Shown here: piece by piece, positions 11,343-23,782 of the stretch
Layout: each line of letters starts with the position of its first letter
Position numbering within the stretch: the first letter of the stretch is position 1
Assembly (NCBI GenBank): GCA_002269645.1
Contig: NIVC01000501.1
Span: forward strand, 158,037 to 222,036
Reading direction: 5' to 3'
Length of the DNA: 64,000 bases
Origin: Macrostomum lignano
Lineage: Eukaryota
Translations under genes and position numbers: made by a program
Notes under the pieces: model-generated
Seen by the model: the letters and a program-made list of their open reading frames with translations, nothing else
What the model was told of the DNA's origin: nothing
Databases searched by the model: none

Positions 11343-14300
11343 ATGTCTGCTAGTGAACTAATCAATAGTCTGCGCAAAGAATTCGAAAATCCTACGGAAT
11401 GGAAGCGTCGGCAGGCGTTCCTGCAGATGAATTTCAATCAGTTGCCGTTTGACAGGCTGGTCTGCCTGTCACATTGCTATGTGAATAGTAGTCTGCACGG
11501 TGCTGTGTACCCGGAACGAGTGATGGATGAGGCGAGTGTGACATTGGTTTTGCGAATTGCATATTTTTATGGTGGCATTTATGGTATTCAGTTCCACTTG
11601 TGCACTTGAGTCGCTCTAATTGGTGCACTAGAGTCACTTTAAATGGTGCATTAATAATGGGGGCATACAGCTGGGATTGTGGCCCAGTGGTCAGAGCGTC
11701 GTACTCACGATTTGAAGGTCGGAGGTTCGATTTCCGATCCCACTGGAACAATTTGTGTCCTTGAGCAAGACACTTAACTCTGCATTGCTTTCAGTTCACC
11801 CAACCATATAACGGGTGCCAGCATTAGCTGGGGTAATTGAGGGTGTGGGCGACACCCCCAGTGCTTGGAGTGAACAGCCGTACGCAGCCTTCAGATGCGC
11901 CACGCAATAGCTGCGGCTGAGCTGTCGGTTGCACATCTGTCCATCTGCCATCAGGACAGGTGTACTAATCAATTAATAATGGAGTCTAAATCGCCAAAAT
12001 CGCCATATAGCGATTAGATAACTCGCATATAAAAGTACATTCTGTTCTCGTTTACAGGTAGAGCAGTACTCTCGCACTATCGATGTCTACTTAGCTGGGA
12101 ATGGCGGTGGCGGCGACGGCTCGTCATCTGGCAATGCTCATCATAACAGTGGTAAGCAGCAGCGCCAGGATCGGCGGGATCAAGCAGATCAACCTGCCTA
12201 TAAGCGAAGTCGTTATTGAACTGTTTAACTCGATTTTGATATTTAATAGTACATGCTACTGCTTACCTTACCTTACATTGCATAGTCTGGAACTTGTTTC
12301 ATGCCTTTTTAACTTAGTAGGTAAGCGTAGTACGTGTATGCGTTTTCAATTCACTTGCTAAATTATTTATAGTTAGTTAAAGGTTATATTACGAGTATTT
12401 CCTTTAAACAACAATTTTCGTCTATTGAATAAGAAGTTTTCTATTCAAAAATAAATATAGCAGCTGTAAAGTTAATTAAGAAAAGTTGAAAGTTACTTAT
12501 TTCTTGGATTGGATTAACTAATTTAATAGCTTATAAAGGTTAGATAATAGCGTTTTGTTATATATATAGCGTAACTATCTAATTTACCTTTTATACTAGA
12601 ACAGTTCAAGGTGACCCTTGCTTCATCCTGATACCGAATTCATCTAATTATCTACCTAATGCTATGACAGGCCAGAAACGCCCTGCTAAAAGCAACGGTA
12701 ATGAAGAGCCTCCATGGAAGCGACTATGCGAGCCTTCTGCTTCTAAAAGCAGCAGCAACAGCAATCGACCCCGACCGCTAGATCTGGATTCGCAACTGCA
12801 GGAAGCATCGGCCACTGCGGCCAAGGCTCTGCCGGCTTTGTCCAATTCCGACATCGACGGAGTGGATCTAAGCGGAGTCAACCTGACCGATTTCTATCTG
12901 AGAGAAATTGAAACAGACGACAATTCGGCCAGCGCGGCCAACTATTCTGCCGCTTCTAATCCGGCCAATGTGCTGAAGTGCTCCGCCGATTTTTGCAGGC
13001 GAACTTTGTGCTATGAATTTAAAGAATTAACGCCAGCGTCTGGTACTACTGCTACTACTACTAGTAGTAACAGCAGGCAGTTTCGATGCACTATTTTATT
13101 GGATAATTGGCCCGTTTCGGCTATGTCGGCGGAGACTAAGCAGGCGGCTAAAGCCGGGGCCGGTGCCGGCCTGCTGGCCGCTCTGCGTCAGCGCTGCTGG
13201 ACTCTGTTTGTGCGCTCGGATCGGGCCTTCATCAGGGCTCAGGCCGATGCCGGCTTTACTAGGCCCGACACGGAGTCTGCGGCTGGGAGGACTGCTGCGG
13301 CTAATGCTGACGATGGTTGGTTATTCAGACTATTCTTTTCAGTTCTGATCTAATATGCATTCTAGCGCATTGCTTCACTTATCTAAAATTTAACTAATCT
13401 CCCAGATCCTCAGTTGCTGGGCCAGCCTCCCAGATCCTCAGTTGCTGGGCCAGCCTCCCAGATCCTCAGTTGCTAAGCCAGCCTCCCAGATCCTCAGTTG
13501 CTAAGCCAGCCTCCCAGATCCTGAGTTGCTGAGCCAGCCTCCCAGATCCTCAGTTGCTGGGCCAGCCTCAGATCCTCAGTTGCTAGGCCAGCCTCCCAGA
13601 GTGTCAGTTGCTGGGCCAGCCTCCCAGAGTGTCAGTTGCTGGGCCAGCCTCCCAGAGTGTCAGTTGCTAGGCCAGCCTCCCAGAGTGTCAGTTGCTGGGC
13701 CACCCTCCCAGAGTGTCAGTTGCTGGGCCAGCCTCCCAGAGTGTCAGTTGCTGGGCCACCCTCCCAGAGTGTCAGTTGCTAAGCCAGCCTCCCAGATCCT
13801 CAGTTGCTAAGCCAGTCTCCCAGATCCTCAGTTGCTAAGCCAGTCTCCCAGATCCTCAGTTGCTAAGCCAGCCTCCCAGATCCTCAGTTGCTAAGCCAGC
13901 CTCCCAGATCCTCAGTTGCTAAGCCAGCCTCCCAGATCCTCAGTTGCTAAGCCAGCCTCCCAGATCCTCAGTTGCTAAGCCAGTCTCCCAGATCCTCAGT
14001 TGCTAAGCCAGCCTCCCAGATCCTCAGTTGCTAAGCCAGCCTCCCAGATCCTCAGTTGCTAAGCCAGCCTCCCAGATCCTCAGTTGCTAAGCCAGCCTCC
14101 CAGATCCTCAGTTGCTAAGCCAGCCTCCCAGATCCTCAGTTGCTAAGCCAGCCTCCCAGATCCTCAGTTTCTAAGCCAGTCTCCCAGATCCTCAGTTGCT
14201 AAGCCAGTCTCCCAGATCCTCAGTTGCTAAGCCAGCCTCCCAGATCCTCAGTTGCTAAGCCAGCCTCCCAGATCCTCAGTTTCTAAGCCAGCCTCCCAGA

Positions 14301-15174
14301 TCCTCAGTTGCTAAGCCAGCCTCCCAGATCCTCAGTTGCTAAGCCAGCCTCCCAGATCCTCAGTTGCTAAGCCAGCCTCCCAGATCCTCAGTTGCTAAGC
14401 CAGCCTCCCAGATCCTCAGTTGCTAAGCCAGCCTCCCAGATCCTCAGTTGCTAAGCCAGCCTCCCAGATCCTCAGTTGCTAAGCCAGTCTCCCAGATCCT
14501 CAGTTGCTGGGCCTTCTTATCAATGCCTCAGTTACCTAGTGCCAGCGTCAGTTGTAAAGCAGAGCACATTGCACTCTCTGCCAAGTCCTTACGCGGTTCA
14601 AACCGACCAGCCTGCCTCCCTGTCTTCAGAGAAAATCGGCTCCGATAACGTTGGCCACCGCCTGCTCAAAGGCATGGGTTGGTCGGGTGTCGGCGGCATC
14701 GGTAAGCGGCTTGAGGGTCGCGCTGAACCCGTCGCCAACGACGTCCGCATCGTCAGCCGGGCGGGTTTGGGCGCCGATTCTGCAAGCGGCGGCTCCGGCG
14801 CCACTGGCGCCGTTTCAGCCAGCTTCCAAACCGGCGTCGGCCGAGTCTTGCGCGATTTCCAACGCGATCCAACCGATCGCGACGATCTGTTCTTTGCGTC
14901 GGATTTCACCAACGAGGAGCGCCGATACGTGCAATCGCAGTGCCTCAGGCTGGGCCTGGCCAGCCGGTCCTATAGCGGCGACAATGACACCCGCTGTTTA
15001 GTTGTCAGCCGGAAGCGGAGCGCTAAAGAATTAGTAGAATTTGTGCGTAGAAATGGTGGCGCTACGGTTCGATATCGGCTAGCTGCGCCGGGTCTGTCGC
15101 GGGAAGCTGGAGATGAGGCTGGCAATGATGGCGATGGCGGCGGAGCTGGAGAGGCTACTGTCACCGCAGAATAG
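11343..15174 (+). CDS. NKRF: NF-kappa-B-repressing factor orthologue (XRN2-binding domain, dsRBD-like, G-patch, R3H-like), ~490 aa, 4 exons
   Basis: Exons 11343-11531 (GC donor), 12058-12151, 12671-13315, 14630-15174 = 1473 nt in frame. XTBD (EWKRRQAFL...RLVCLSHCYVN...GAVYP), dsRBD-like (FRCTILLDN...AETKQAAK), G-patch (IGSDNVGHRLLKGMGWSG...GRAEPV) and R3H-like (FTNEERRYVQ...LGLASRSY...LVVSRK), in NKRF domain order. The exon 4 acceptor has in-phase alternatives (14540/14546/14552). Confidence 0.88.
11673..11980 (+). mobile_element. tRNA-derived SINE with CORE-like central segment in NKRF intron 1
   Basis: A-box TGGCCCAGTGG, B-box-like GGTTCGATTTCC, then TGTGTCCTTGAGCAAGACACTTAAC (CORE-type motif) and an AT-rich TAA tail. 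Confidence 0.7.
13399..14510. repeat. 28-bp minisatellite in NKRF intron 3 (CTCCCAGATCCTCAGTTGCTAAGCCAGC), ~40 copies
   Basis: Direct tandem units with blocks of variants (GAGTGTCAG, CTGGGCC). Confidence 0.95.
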
Positions 15175-15254
15175 CTATGCAGTGTGATTTTATTCGTAAA
15201 TTTTATTACTTTGATTGCAGGTTCCTGTCTGGAAGTAGATTTTTCGTTTTAAAC

Positions 15255-15665
15255 GAGTTCCCTACCGGAAGTAGGTTTTTGGTTTTCAGTGAGTTCCCTA
15301 CCGGATGTAGGTTTTTGGTATTCAGGGAGTTCCCTACCGGATGTAGGCTTTTAGCTTTCTGTGAGTTCCCTACCGGATGTAGGTTTTTGGCTTTCTGTGA
15401 GTTCCCTACCGGATGTAGGTTTTTGGCTTTCTGTGAGTTCCCTACCGGATGTAGGCTTTTAGCTTTCTGTGAGTTCCCTACCGGATGTAGGCTTTTAGCT
15501 TTCTGTGAGTTCCCTACTGGAAGTAGGTTTTTGGCTTACTGTGAGTTCCCTACCGGAAGTAGGTTTTAGCTTTCTGAGTTCCCGACCGGAAGTAGGTTTT
15601 GGTTTTCAGTGCGTTACAGACTGGAAGTAGGTTATTAGGTTTTTAGTGAGCACCCTCCCGGAAGT
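15255..15665. repeat. 36-bp minisatellite downstream of NKRF stop (GAGTTCCCTACCGGA[A/T]GTAGGTTTTTGGCTTTCTGT), ~12 copies
   Basis: Direct tandem units; each carries CCGGAAGT or CCGGATGT. Confidence 0.9.
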
Positions 15666-16149
15666 TGATTTCGAAATATTTGTTTTTGTTTCGTGACCAG
15701 AACGAGTAGGTTGTTCAGTAAACACAAGCGTATCAATGAGTTCCTAAATATAATTTGATTGCTAACTGTATATACGTTTTCCACTGTATGCTGATTTAAC
15801 ATTGAAAGGAATCCGTTTCATAGCGTAAGTTGTTTCCTTAGTGATAATTGGGTTCCAGACCAGAAGTAAGTTAAGTTGTTCACTTTAAATTAAACAAGGC
15901 TTGCATATTTGAGCTTAGTTACGAATCCCATGCTTTGGGGTTCAATACTTTTATTTGCTCCGCCAAAACATCATCTTAACTTACTTAATTATCATTGTAT
16001 ATTAAAATGGCATTTTATTGTATAGCCACTGCCTATTTTGTGTTTGATTTGTTCCATTAAATAAACACACTTAAGGAACTGGTGTATTTATAATTGTTTC
16101 CTTTTCTTCTTTTTTAATTGGTATTATACGTGGAAATTCTGATACTAAA

Positions 16150-16228
16150 ACAGACAGACAGATGGGCGGGCAGACAGACAGACAGACAGATAGACAGACG
16201 GACAGACAGACGACAGGCAGGCAGATGG

Positions 16229-16262
<34 letters not shown>

Positions 16263-16617
16263 AGATAGACAGATAGACAGACGGACAGACAGACAGACAG
16301 ATAGACAGATAGACAGACGGACAGACAGACAGATAGACAGATAGACAGACGGACAGACAGACGACAGGCAGGCAGATGGACAGACGGACAGACAGACAGA
16401 TAGACAGACAGGCAGACAGGCAGAAAGACAGATAGACAGACAGACAGACAGACAGACAGGCAGAAAGACAGATAGACAGACGGACAGACAGACAGACAGT
16501 CAGAAAGACAGACAGGCGGGCAGGCAGGAAGACAGACAGAGAGACAGACAGGCAGGTAGACAGACAGGCGGGCAGGTAGACAGATAGGCGGGCAGGCAGA
16601 CAGACAGACAGGCAGGC
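16150..16617. repeat. (GACA)n compound microsatellite
   Basis: GACA/GATA/GGCA tetramer runs. Confidence 0.95.
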
Positions 16618-16753
16618 ACTGTGACACAGACAAGTACCCTTGTCTTTATGTAAGCAACATAATAGTTACAATAGACATTAGAAAAAAGACACATTAGAGA
16701 TTTGGATAAGTGAATATAAATTAATGTAATTTTGCAGCGAACCTCATAAAAGC

Positions 16754-17304
16754 ATGCGCAACTGCATCATATTTTGCGGAGGCAGCGGCAGCAACCCTGC
16801 CTCCTTCTGCCCTGTGAATGGCTGCCTTTTCACCCTGGCAACCGGGTCCGTACTGCTCAGCCTGGTTGCTATGCTGCACGGCTACCTATTTTGCCTGCCA
16901 TTCTCTCAGTTCGTCTATCCATTGGAACTGGACTTCAATCGCTTGGTATTGGAGCTGGAATCGACCCCAACTGCCAGCAATGTGAGCTGGGCTGTCCCTA
17001 TCAATAATAAAAAATTTCCTGCTTTGCATCCGAATTCAAATCGGTGTGCAAATTTCGAGGTCGGCGAAGGTTCCAAATATCGGCTGTTAATGCTGATTAA
17101 AAGTGCCCTGCCAAATTTTGCTTTTCGACAAGCGTTGCGAGCGACTTGGGCGAATGAAATGAACACGGCAACCGTGCAGATAGGCTATGCCTTTGTTCTC
17201 GGCGGAACTCACAATTCTACCGCTCAGGTGACGGCCTTGACTGGCTTTTTATTTACTACGCTTGTCTTTAGTGTTTGGCATTGATACAAGCAACCTGGTT
17301 AGTG

Positions 17305-17365
<61 letters not shown>

Positions 17366-19084
17366 ATAGATAGATTAAATAGGAGTAGATAGAGTCGCAG
17401 ACAATAGGACGCCTCTCAAACGACTCTAGGACGCTTCTTGGCCTAGGTATCATTTTCATCGAGTCTGTTGTACGCGACCACCGCATGTAACTCGTGAGCA
17501 TAAATGCACAACAGGCCCGTGACTGCCCTTTCTCCTACCTCCAGGCGGCCGTGGATCGCGAGCAGATCACCTACGGCGATCTGATCCAGCAGGCATTCGT
17601 AGACGCGTACTTCAACAACACCTACAAGCTGATGTTCGCCATAGACTGGGCCGCCGCCAGCTGTCCCGGGGCGGATTTTATTCTGTTTGCCGATGACGAT
17701 TACTATGTCAGCACGTACAATCTTGTCAACTTGCTGGGCCAGCTGCAGGCCAACGGCTACACGGCTGAGTCGCTGCTAGTCACTGGTCACGTGTTCTCTT
17801 CGCCCGTGCCCAAGAGGAATCTGTTTAACAAATGGTACACCTCGCTTGCCGAGTATCCGTACACTTTCTGGCCGCCCTATCCTACTGGGGGCGCGTTTCT
17901 GGTGTCCAATAGGCTGTGCAAGCAGCTCAGCTTGGCTCAGCGATATGTCAGGTCTGTTTTTTGGCGCCTCTAGTAGACTTGATAGAGAATTCTACGAGTA
18001 GTATTGGCAACTAGCCAAATTCTCGAGGATGGATATTTCCTAGGCTACGTTTGAAAAGCAGAAATTTGTTCTCTTAACTCTAAGTCTAAGATTGCTATCT
18101 ATGCTGCAAACAATAACAAACTAACAATTCTATCATATCGATTTATATGCCACTTTTATTACACTTACAAAATCATTCGTTGAAATTGGCAACTGGCACA
18201 GGGAAAATCCAATTGCCAATAAGATTTTCTAGGGGCCAAAAAACCCCGTCCCCCCGTATGGCCCAAAAAACCCAGTACGGAAGTAGGGTTGGCAGAGAAG
18301 TAGAGTAGGCAGATAATTAGAGTGAGTAGAGTAGTGGAGTTGGTAGGGAAGTAGAGTAGGTAGGGAAGTGGAGTAGTTAGGGAAGTGGAGTAGTTAGGGA
18401 AGTAGAGTAGGTAAGGAAGTGGAGTGGGTAGAGAAGTAGAGTAGGTAGGGAAGTGGAGTGGGTAGGGAAGTGGAGTAGGTAAGGAAGTGGAGTGGGTAGA
18501 GAAGTAGAGTAGGTAGGGAAGTGGAGTGGGTAGGGAAGTGGAGTAGGTAAGGAAGTGGAGTGGGTAGAGAAGTAGAGTACATGTAGGTATTGAAGTACAG
18601 CCAATAGAGACTTAGAATAATTATAGACAGTGTGGAGTGAGTTAAGAACAGAAGTAGAATGGGAGAAGTAGCGTGGTAGAATGAGCAGTCGTGGAAAAGT
18701 TGGGGGAACGGGATTTGATTAAGCGTGTGGGAGTCCCATCAGAGAAAATAGGGCCTACAGTTGTAGATTAATTAACTTATAAAGCAGGAGACCGACAAGC
18801 AGCAACTGGTCACGTGATCACGTTTCAGGTACCTCCGGTTTGACGACGTGTTCCTAGGCATTGTGCTTTGGAAGCTTGGCGTCAGGCCCATCCACAATGA
18901 GCATTTTTACTTGGGCGAGGTGCCGAAACCGTTCAGCCGATCGGTCTACGCCAGCTACACTGCTGTGCACTTGGACAAAGACCTGGCCGCTCTGGCGCTG
19001 ATCTGGCGCGCGATGGGATTTCCCGTTAGTCTGGCGCCTACCGTTGATGAAGCCGGATATGAGAGCTCCGCCGTGGCTCTGTGA
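16754..19084 (+). CDS. brn: GT31 beta-1,3-glycosyltransferase, brainiac/bre-5 type (beta-1,3-GlcNAc transferase-like), ~378 aa, 3 exons
   Basis: Exons 16754-17227, 17545-17951, 18829-19084 = 1137 nt in frame. N-terminal TM anchor; LLMLIKSA...RQALRATW, GDLIQQAFVDAYFNNTYK, DDDYYVS, KWYTSLAEYP..WPPYPTGGAF, RFDDVFLG closely track the brainiac motif set. Confidence 0.88.
17306..17375. repeat. (GATA)n microsatellite in brn intron 1
   Basis: Near-pure GATA run. Confidence 0.95.
18280..18580. repeat. Purine-rich ~17-18-bp tandem array in brn intron 2 (GTAGGGAAGTGGAGTAG variants)
   Basis: Degenerate direct repeats. Confidence 0.85.
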
Positions 19085-19099
19085 TTTCTCAGTGGGGTG

Positions 19100-19410
19100 T
19101 CATCTCGTATTGATTGTCTCATCTCGAAAGCTTGTCTGTCTCATAGTTTATCTCACATTCTGGGGCTGGTCTCATCTCGAGAGCTTGTCTGTCTCATAGT
19201 TTATCTCACATTCTGGGGCTGGTCTCATCTCGAGAGCCTGTCTATCTCATAGTTTATCTCACATTCTGGGGCTGGTCTGATCTCGAGAGCCTGTCTGTCT
19301 CATAGTTTATCTCACATTCTGGGGCTGGTCTCATCTCGAGAGCCTGTCTATCTCATAGTTTATCTCACATTCTGGACTGGTCTGATCTCGAGAGCTTGTC
19401 TGTCTCATAT
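19100..19410. repeat. 53-bp minisatellite just 3' of brn stop, ~5 copies
   Basis: Unit CTCATAGTTTATCTCACATTCTGGGGCTGGTCTCATCTCGAGAGCTTGTCTGT recurs every 53 bp. Confidence 0.9.
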
Positions 19411-19959
19411 CCCACATAATAGTGCAATAAAAATAGTTTCGGTTATTAGCAAATGTTTACATAGTCGATTATTTATTTTCAGTCCAATGGTTGTAATATG
19501 TTTTTCGACCTTGCAATAAGTTTTTTTGAATCAGTATTTAATATCAATACCCATTCGGTTTATCGCAAAATTCTATTTTATTATCGAGTCGCTTTCGCCT
19601 TAATTGTTCGATTAATTTAGTAATTATGATTTTGTTTGTTTGTCCAAATCACTACTTGTGCAAGTATCAGATGCGCTTTTTATTGGCATATTAGCGGGAT
19701 TTATAGCGAACGCAATGCATTTTCACCTGCTGAGCATAAATTGTTGATTTTTTCAGCATAAGTATTACCATCAGTAGTCAGAGGAGACGTCATTCAACTA
19801 GTTTACTTGTCAGGCAGACACAAAAAATTTCTTTTATACTCGTACCTACATCTTGCTTTTTCTGTTGATAATCTTTGCTTGTTTTCTCAATTTTCTTATA
19901 TTGTTAAAATAATAAACACTCCTCCAACCCACTCAAAACATCCCTCTCCATTGAACACA

Positions 19960-21475
19960 TCCACCCCACTCCATAGTGTACACACCCTCCGCAGCCGGCC
20001 CCACCCCACTCCACAGTGTACACTCACCCTCCTCACCCAACTCCACAGCGTAAAAACACACTCCTCCCACCCCACTCCACAGTGTACATAACCTCCGCAG
20101 CCCGCCCCACCCCACTCCACAGTGTACACTCACCCTCCCCACCCCACTCCACAGTGTACACAACCTCCGCGGCCTGCCCCACCCCACTCCACAGTGTACA
20201 CAACCTCCGCAGCCCGCCCACCCCACTCCACAGTGTACACAACCTCCGCAGCCTGCACCACCCCACTCCACAGTGTACACAACCTCCGCAGCCTGCACCA
20301 TCCCACTCCACAGTGTACATTCACCCTCCCCACCCCACTCCACAGTGTACACAACCTCCGCAGCCTGCACCACCCCACTCCACAGTGTACACAACCTCCG
20401 CAGCCTGCACCACCCCACTCCACAGTGTACACAACCTCCGCAGCCTGCACCATCCCACTCCACAGTGTACATTCACCCTCCCCACCCCACTCCACAGTGT
20501 ACACAACCTCCGCAGCCTGCACCACCCCACTCCACAGTGTACACAACCTCCGCAGCCTGCACCACCCCACTCCACAGTGTACATTCACCCTCCCCACCCC
20601 ACTCCACAGTGTACACAACCTCCGCAGCCTGCACCACCCCACTCCACAGTGTACATTCACCCTCCCCACCCCACTCCACAGTGTACACAACCTCCGCAGC
20701 CTGCCCCACCCCACTCCACAGTGTACACAACCTCCGCAGCCCGCCCCACCCCACTCCACAGTGTACACAACCTCCGCAGCCTGCACCACCCCACTCCACA
20801 GTGTACACAACCTCCGCAGCCTGCACCACCCCACTCCACAGTGTACACAACCTCCGCAGCCTGCACCATCCCACTCCACAGTGTACATTCACCCTCCCCA
20901 CCCCACTCCACAGTGAACACAACCTCCGCAGCCTGCACCATCCCACTCCACAGTGTACACAACCTCCGCAGCCTGCACCACTCCACTCCACAGTGTACAC
21001 AACCTCCGCAGCCTGCACCACCCCACTCCACAGTGTACACAACCTCCGCAGCCTGCACCATCCCACTCCACAGTGTACATTCACCCTCCCCACCCCACTC
21101 CACAGTGTACACAACCTCCGCAGCCTGCACCACCCCACTCCACAGTGTACACAACCTCCGCAGCCTGCACCACCCCACTCCACAGTGTACACAACCTCCG
21201 CAGCCTGCACCACTCCACTCCACAGTGTACACAACCTCCGCAGCCTGCACCACCCCACTCCACAGTGTACACAACCTCCGCAGCCTGCACCACCCCACTC
21301 CACAGTGTACATTCACCCTCCCCACCCCACTCCACAGTGTACACAACCTCCGCAGCCTGCACCACCCCACTCCACAGTGTACATTCACCCTCCCCACCCC
21401 ACTCCACAGTGTACACAACCTCCTCAGCCTGCCCCACCCCAAAGTGTATACACCCCTCCCCAGCCTGCCCCACCC
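19960..21475. repeat. GTGTACA-core minisatellite (CCCCACTCCACAGTGTACACAACCTCCGCAGCCTGCACCA ~40 bp plus a shorter variant)
   Basis: Two alternating unit types; source of many overlapping repetitive ORFs. Confidence 0.95.
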
Positions 21476-22043
21476 TAATTCGCCATCAAAAATCGACTAT
21501 TTTTGTTTTCAAAAATGCGAAATGTTCGCGCACTTTATAGTCCTTAATTTCGCTGCTGATTAGTTTACGTCTCGTTACCTGCTGTGTGATAGTCTACATT
21601 TTTTAAGCATTATGCAGCAATTATTATTATCATATCTATAATCGATTGGCGTTGAGCGAGATGATTTATTAGCATATAACCCGCTTACAATTAGAGATAA
21701 ATTAGGTAGCACTATTTTGTTTAAAATTTAAATTCATGACAATTACAATTCGTTATTGTGTTTCTTGAAAAGTCTTATTTCAGCTAATTGCTACTGCTGT
21801 TGCTTTTGCCTACTTTACAGCTGAGCTTATTGAAGATCGACAATAGGAATAATTAGCTTATTAGTAAGCGAATGACCTGCTTTAGTTACTGCTTTGCGCG
21901 CCAAGCATTCGTGTTTTTGCTGTATTTTTCTAATGATCAATAAATGTTAATTTAAATATGACCCGCATATATATATTGTAGTTGTCCATTTTTTTAACAA
22001 TTAAGCAGTGTAATGTTTTAAATTCCTTTTGAGTTGGGTGGAC

Positions 22044-22325
22044 TGGAGTGTGTACATTGGGGTTGCGGCGGTCTGGAGTGTGTACATTGGGGTTGGGGTG
22101 GTCTGGTGTGTGTACATGGGAACTGGGGTGGTCTGGTGTGTGTACATTGGGACTGGGGTGGTCTGGAGTATGTACATTGGGGTTGGGAAGTCTGGAGTGT
22201 GTACATTGGGGTTGGGGCGGTCTGGAGCGTGTACATTGGGGTTGGGGCGGTCTGGAGTGTGTACATTGTGGTTGGGGCGGTCTGGAGTGTGTACATTGGG
22301 GTTCGGGCGGTCTGGAGCGTGGAGT
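22044..22325. repeat. 30-bp GTGTACA-core minisatellite (TGGAGTGTGTACATTGGGGTTGGGGCGGTC)
   Basis: About 9 direct copies. Confidence 0.92.
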
Positions 22326-23319
22326 CTGGTAGTGGGCGACTTGTGTGGAACTTTTACGTAACAAAAAACAGCAACTGAAATGCAACAAGCAAGCGAGTAG
22401 AATTTAGCTTTTCGGCAATATATATGCATAGAATTTACTAAGACATGGCATGTCAATTATATAAGTAATGTACTTCTTGTCCATATTGAAGTCTATATAA
22501 TCATCTATGTATTTAGTATAACTCAATGCTTAGGGCTTAACTAAAGGATGCGCATCAACTGATAAATCACGAGTCCATTATCTGATCAATCCATTAATCA
22601 ATAAATTAACACGGAGGAAAAATGACTTCACTATACTGCAATCAACCGCGAAAAAGAGGTTAAACAGGAACAATTACAGAGTCGGACGCGAGGATTAAGT
22701 GGATGGCGGTCAGAGATGGATTGAAAACAGAGCAACAATGACAGATGAAGGTTGCAGCTTGGATCGATGAGTCCAGGCGTTTATAATTTTGGAATTACTG
22801 CAGTATTGTGTGTGCCGTAGTGTGTATTATTATGCAACAGATCGGGAGGTGGGAGGCTCACGGGTGGGACTGCAAATCGCACACGAGACAAAAAACTAGT
22901 TAGCCAGTAATAGGACAACGAAAGCATCATTGAAACATTTTGAGTCACTGCCTTACAACTGTTACTACTACTAGTAATAACGCTAAAAAGTAATAACCAG
23001 GAAAAATAAGTTTTTTTATAAGCGACAAATACTAACACTAAAATATTGTCCGTATTTAAGTAGGAAAACGTTTTTATACTTGTCTGACAGACTACTAACA
23101 GTAAATGTAAACAAACGGTGCGTAAAGAGAATTAATATAATTTCAAAAGATATTGGGAGTTTGCTTTCCTGGATATAACTGCTAAATTAACATAGTGACA
23201 GCATTATAAAAGCAAATTATTCCATTGAGTTCTGGACAGGTTGTTCTGAATTAATCACCAGCTTGTAATGAATTGTGACACCTGCCTATGAAGCGGAGTG
23301 AACAATACGATTGGTGAGG

Positions 23320-23782
23320 GGTGTACATTGGGGGCTGGTCAGGGGCGGGTGTACATTGGGGGCTGACCAGGGGCGAGTGTACATTGGGGGCTGGCCAGGG
23401 GCGAGTGTACATTGGGGGCTGGCCAGGGGCGAGTGTACATTGGGGGCTGGCCAGGGGCGAGTGTACATTGGGGGCTGGCCAGGGGCGAGTGTACATTGGG
23501 GGCTGGCCAGGGGCGAGTGTACATTGGGGGCTGGCCAGGGGCGAGTGTACATTGGGGCTGGCCAGGGGCGAGTGTACATTGGGGGCTGGCCAGGGGCGAG
23601 TGTACATTGGGGGCTGGTCAAGGGGCGAGTGTACATTGGGGGCTGGTCAAGGGGCGAGTGTACATGGGGGGCTGGCCAGGGGCGAGTGTACATTGGGGCT
23701 GGCCAGGGGCGAGTGTACATTGGGGGCTGGCCAGGGGCGAGTGTACATTGGGGGCTGGTCAAGGGGCGAGTGTACATTGGGG
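23320..23782. repeat. ~28-bp GTGTACA-core minisatellite (GGGGCGAGTGTACATTGGGGGCTGGCCA)
   Basis: About 16 direct copies. Confidence 0.92.

Noticed and set aside
11673-11750. Possible tRNA gene
   Set aside because: A and B boxes are present, but no full cloverleaf is apparent and it runs into a SINE body; treated as a SINE head.
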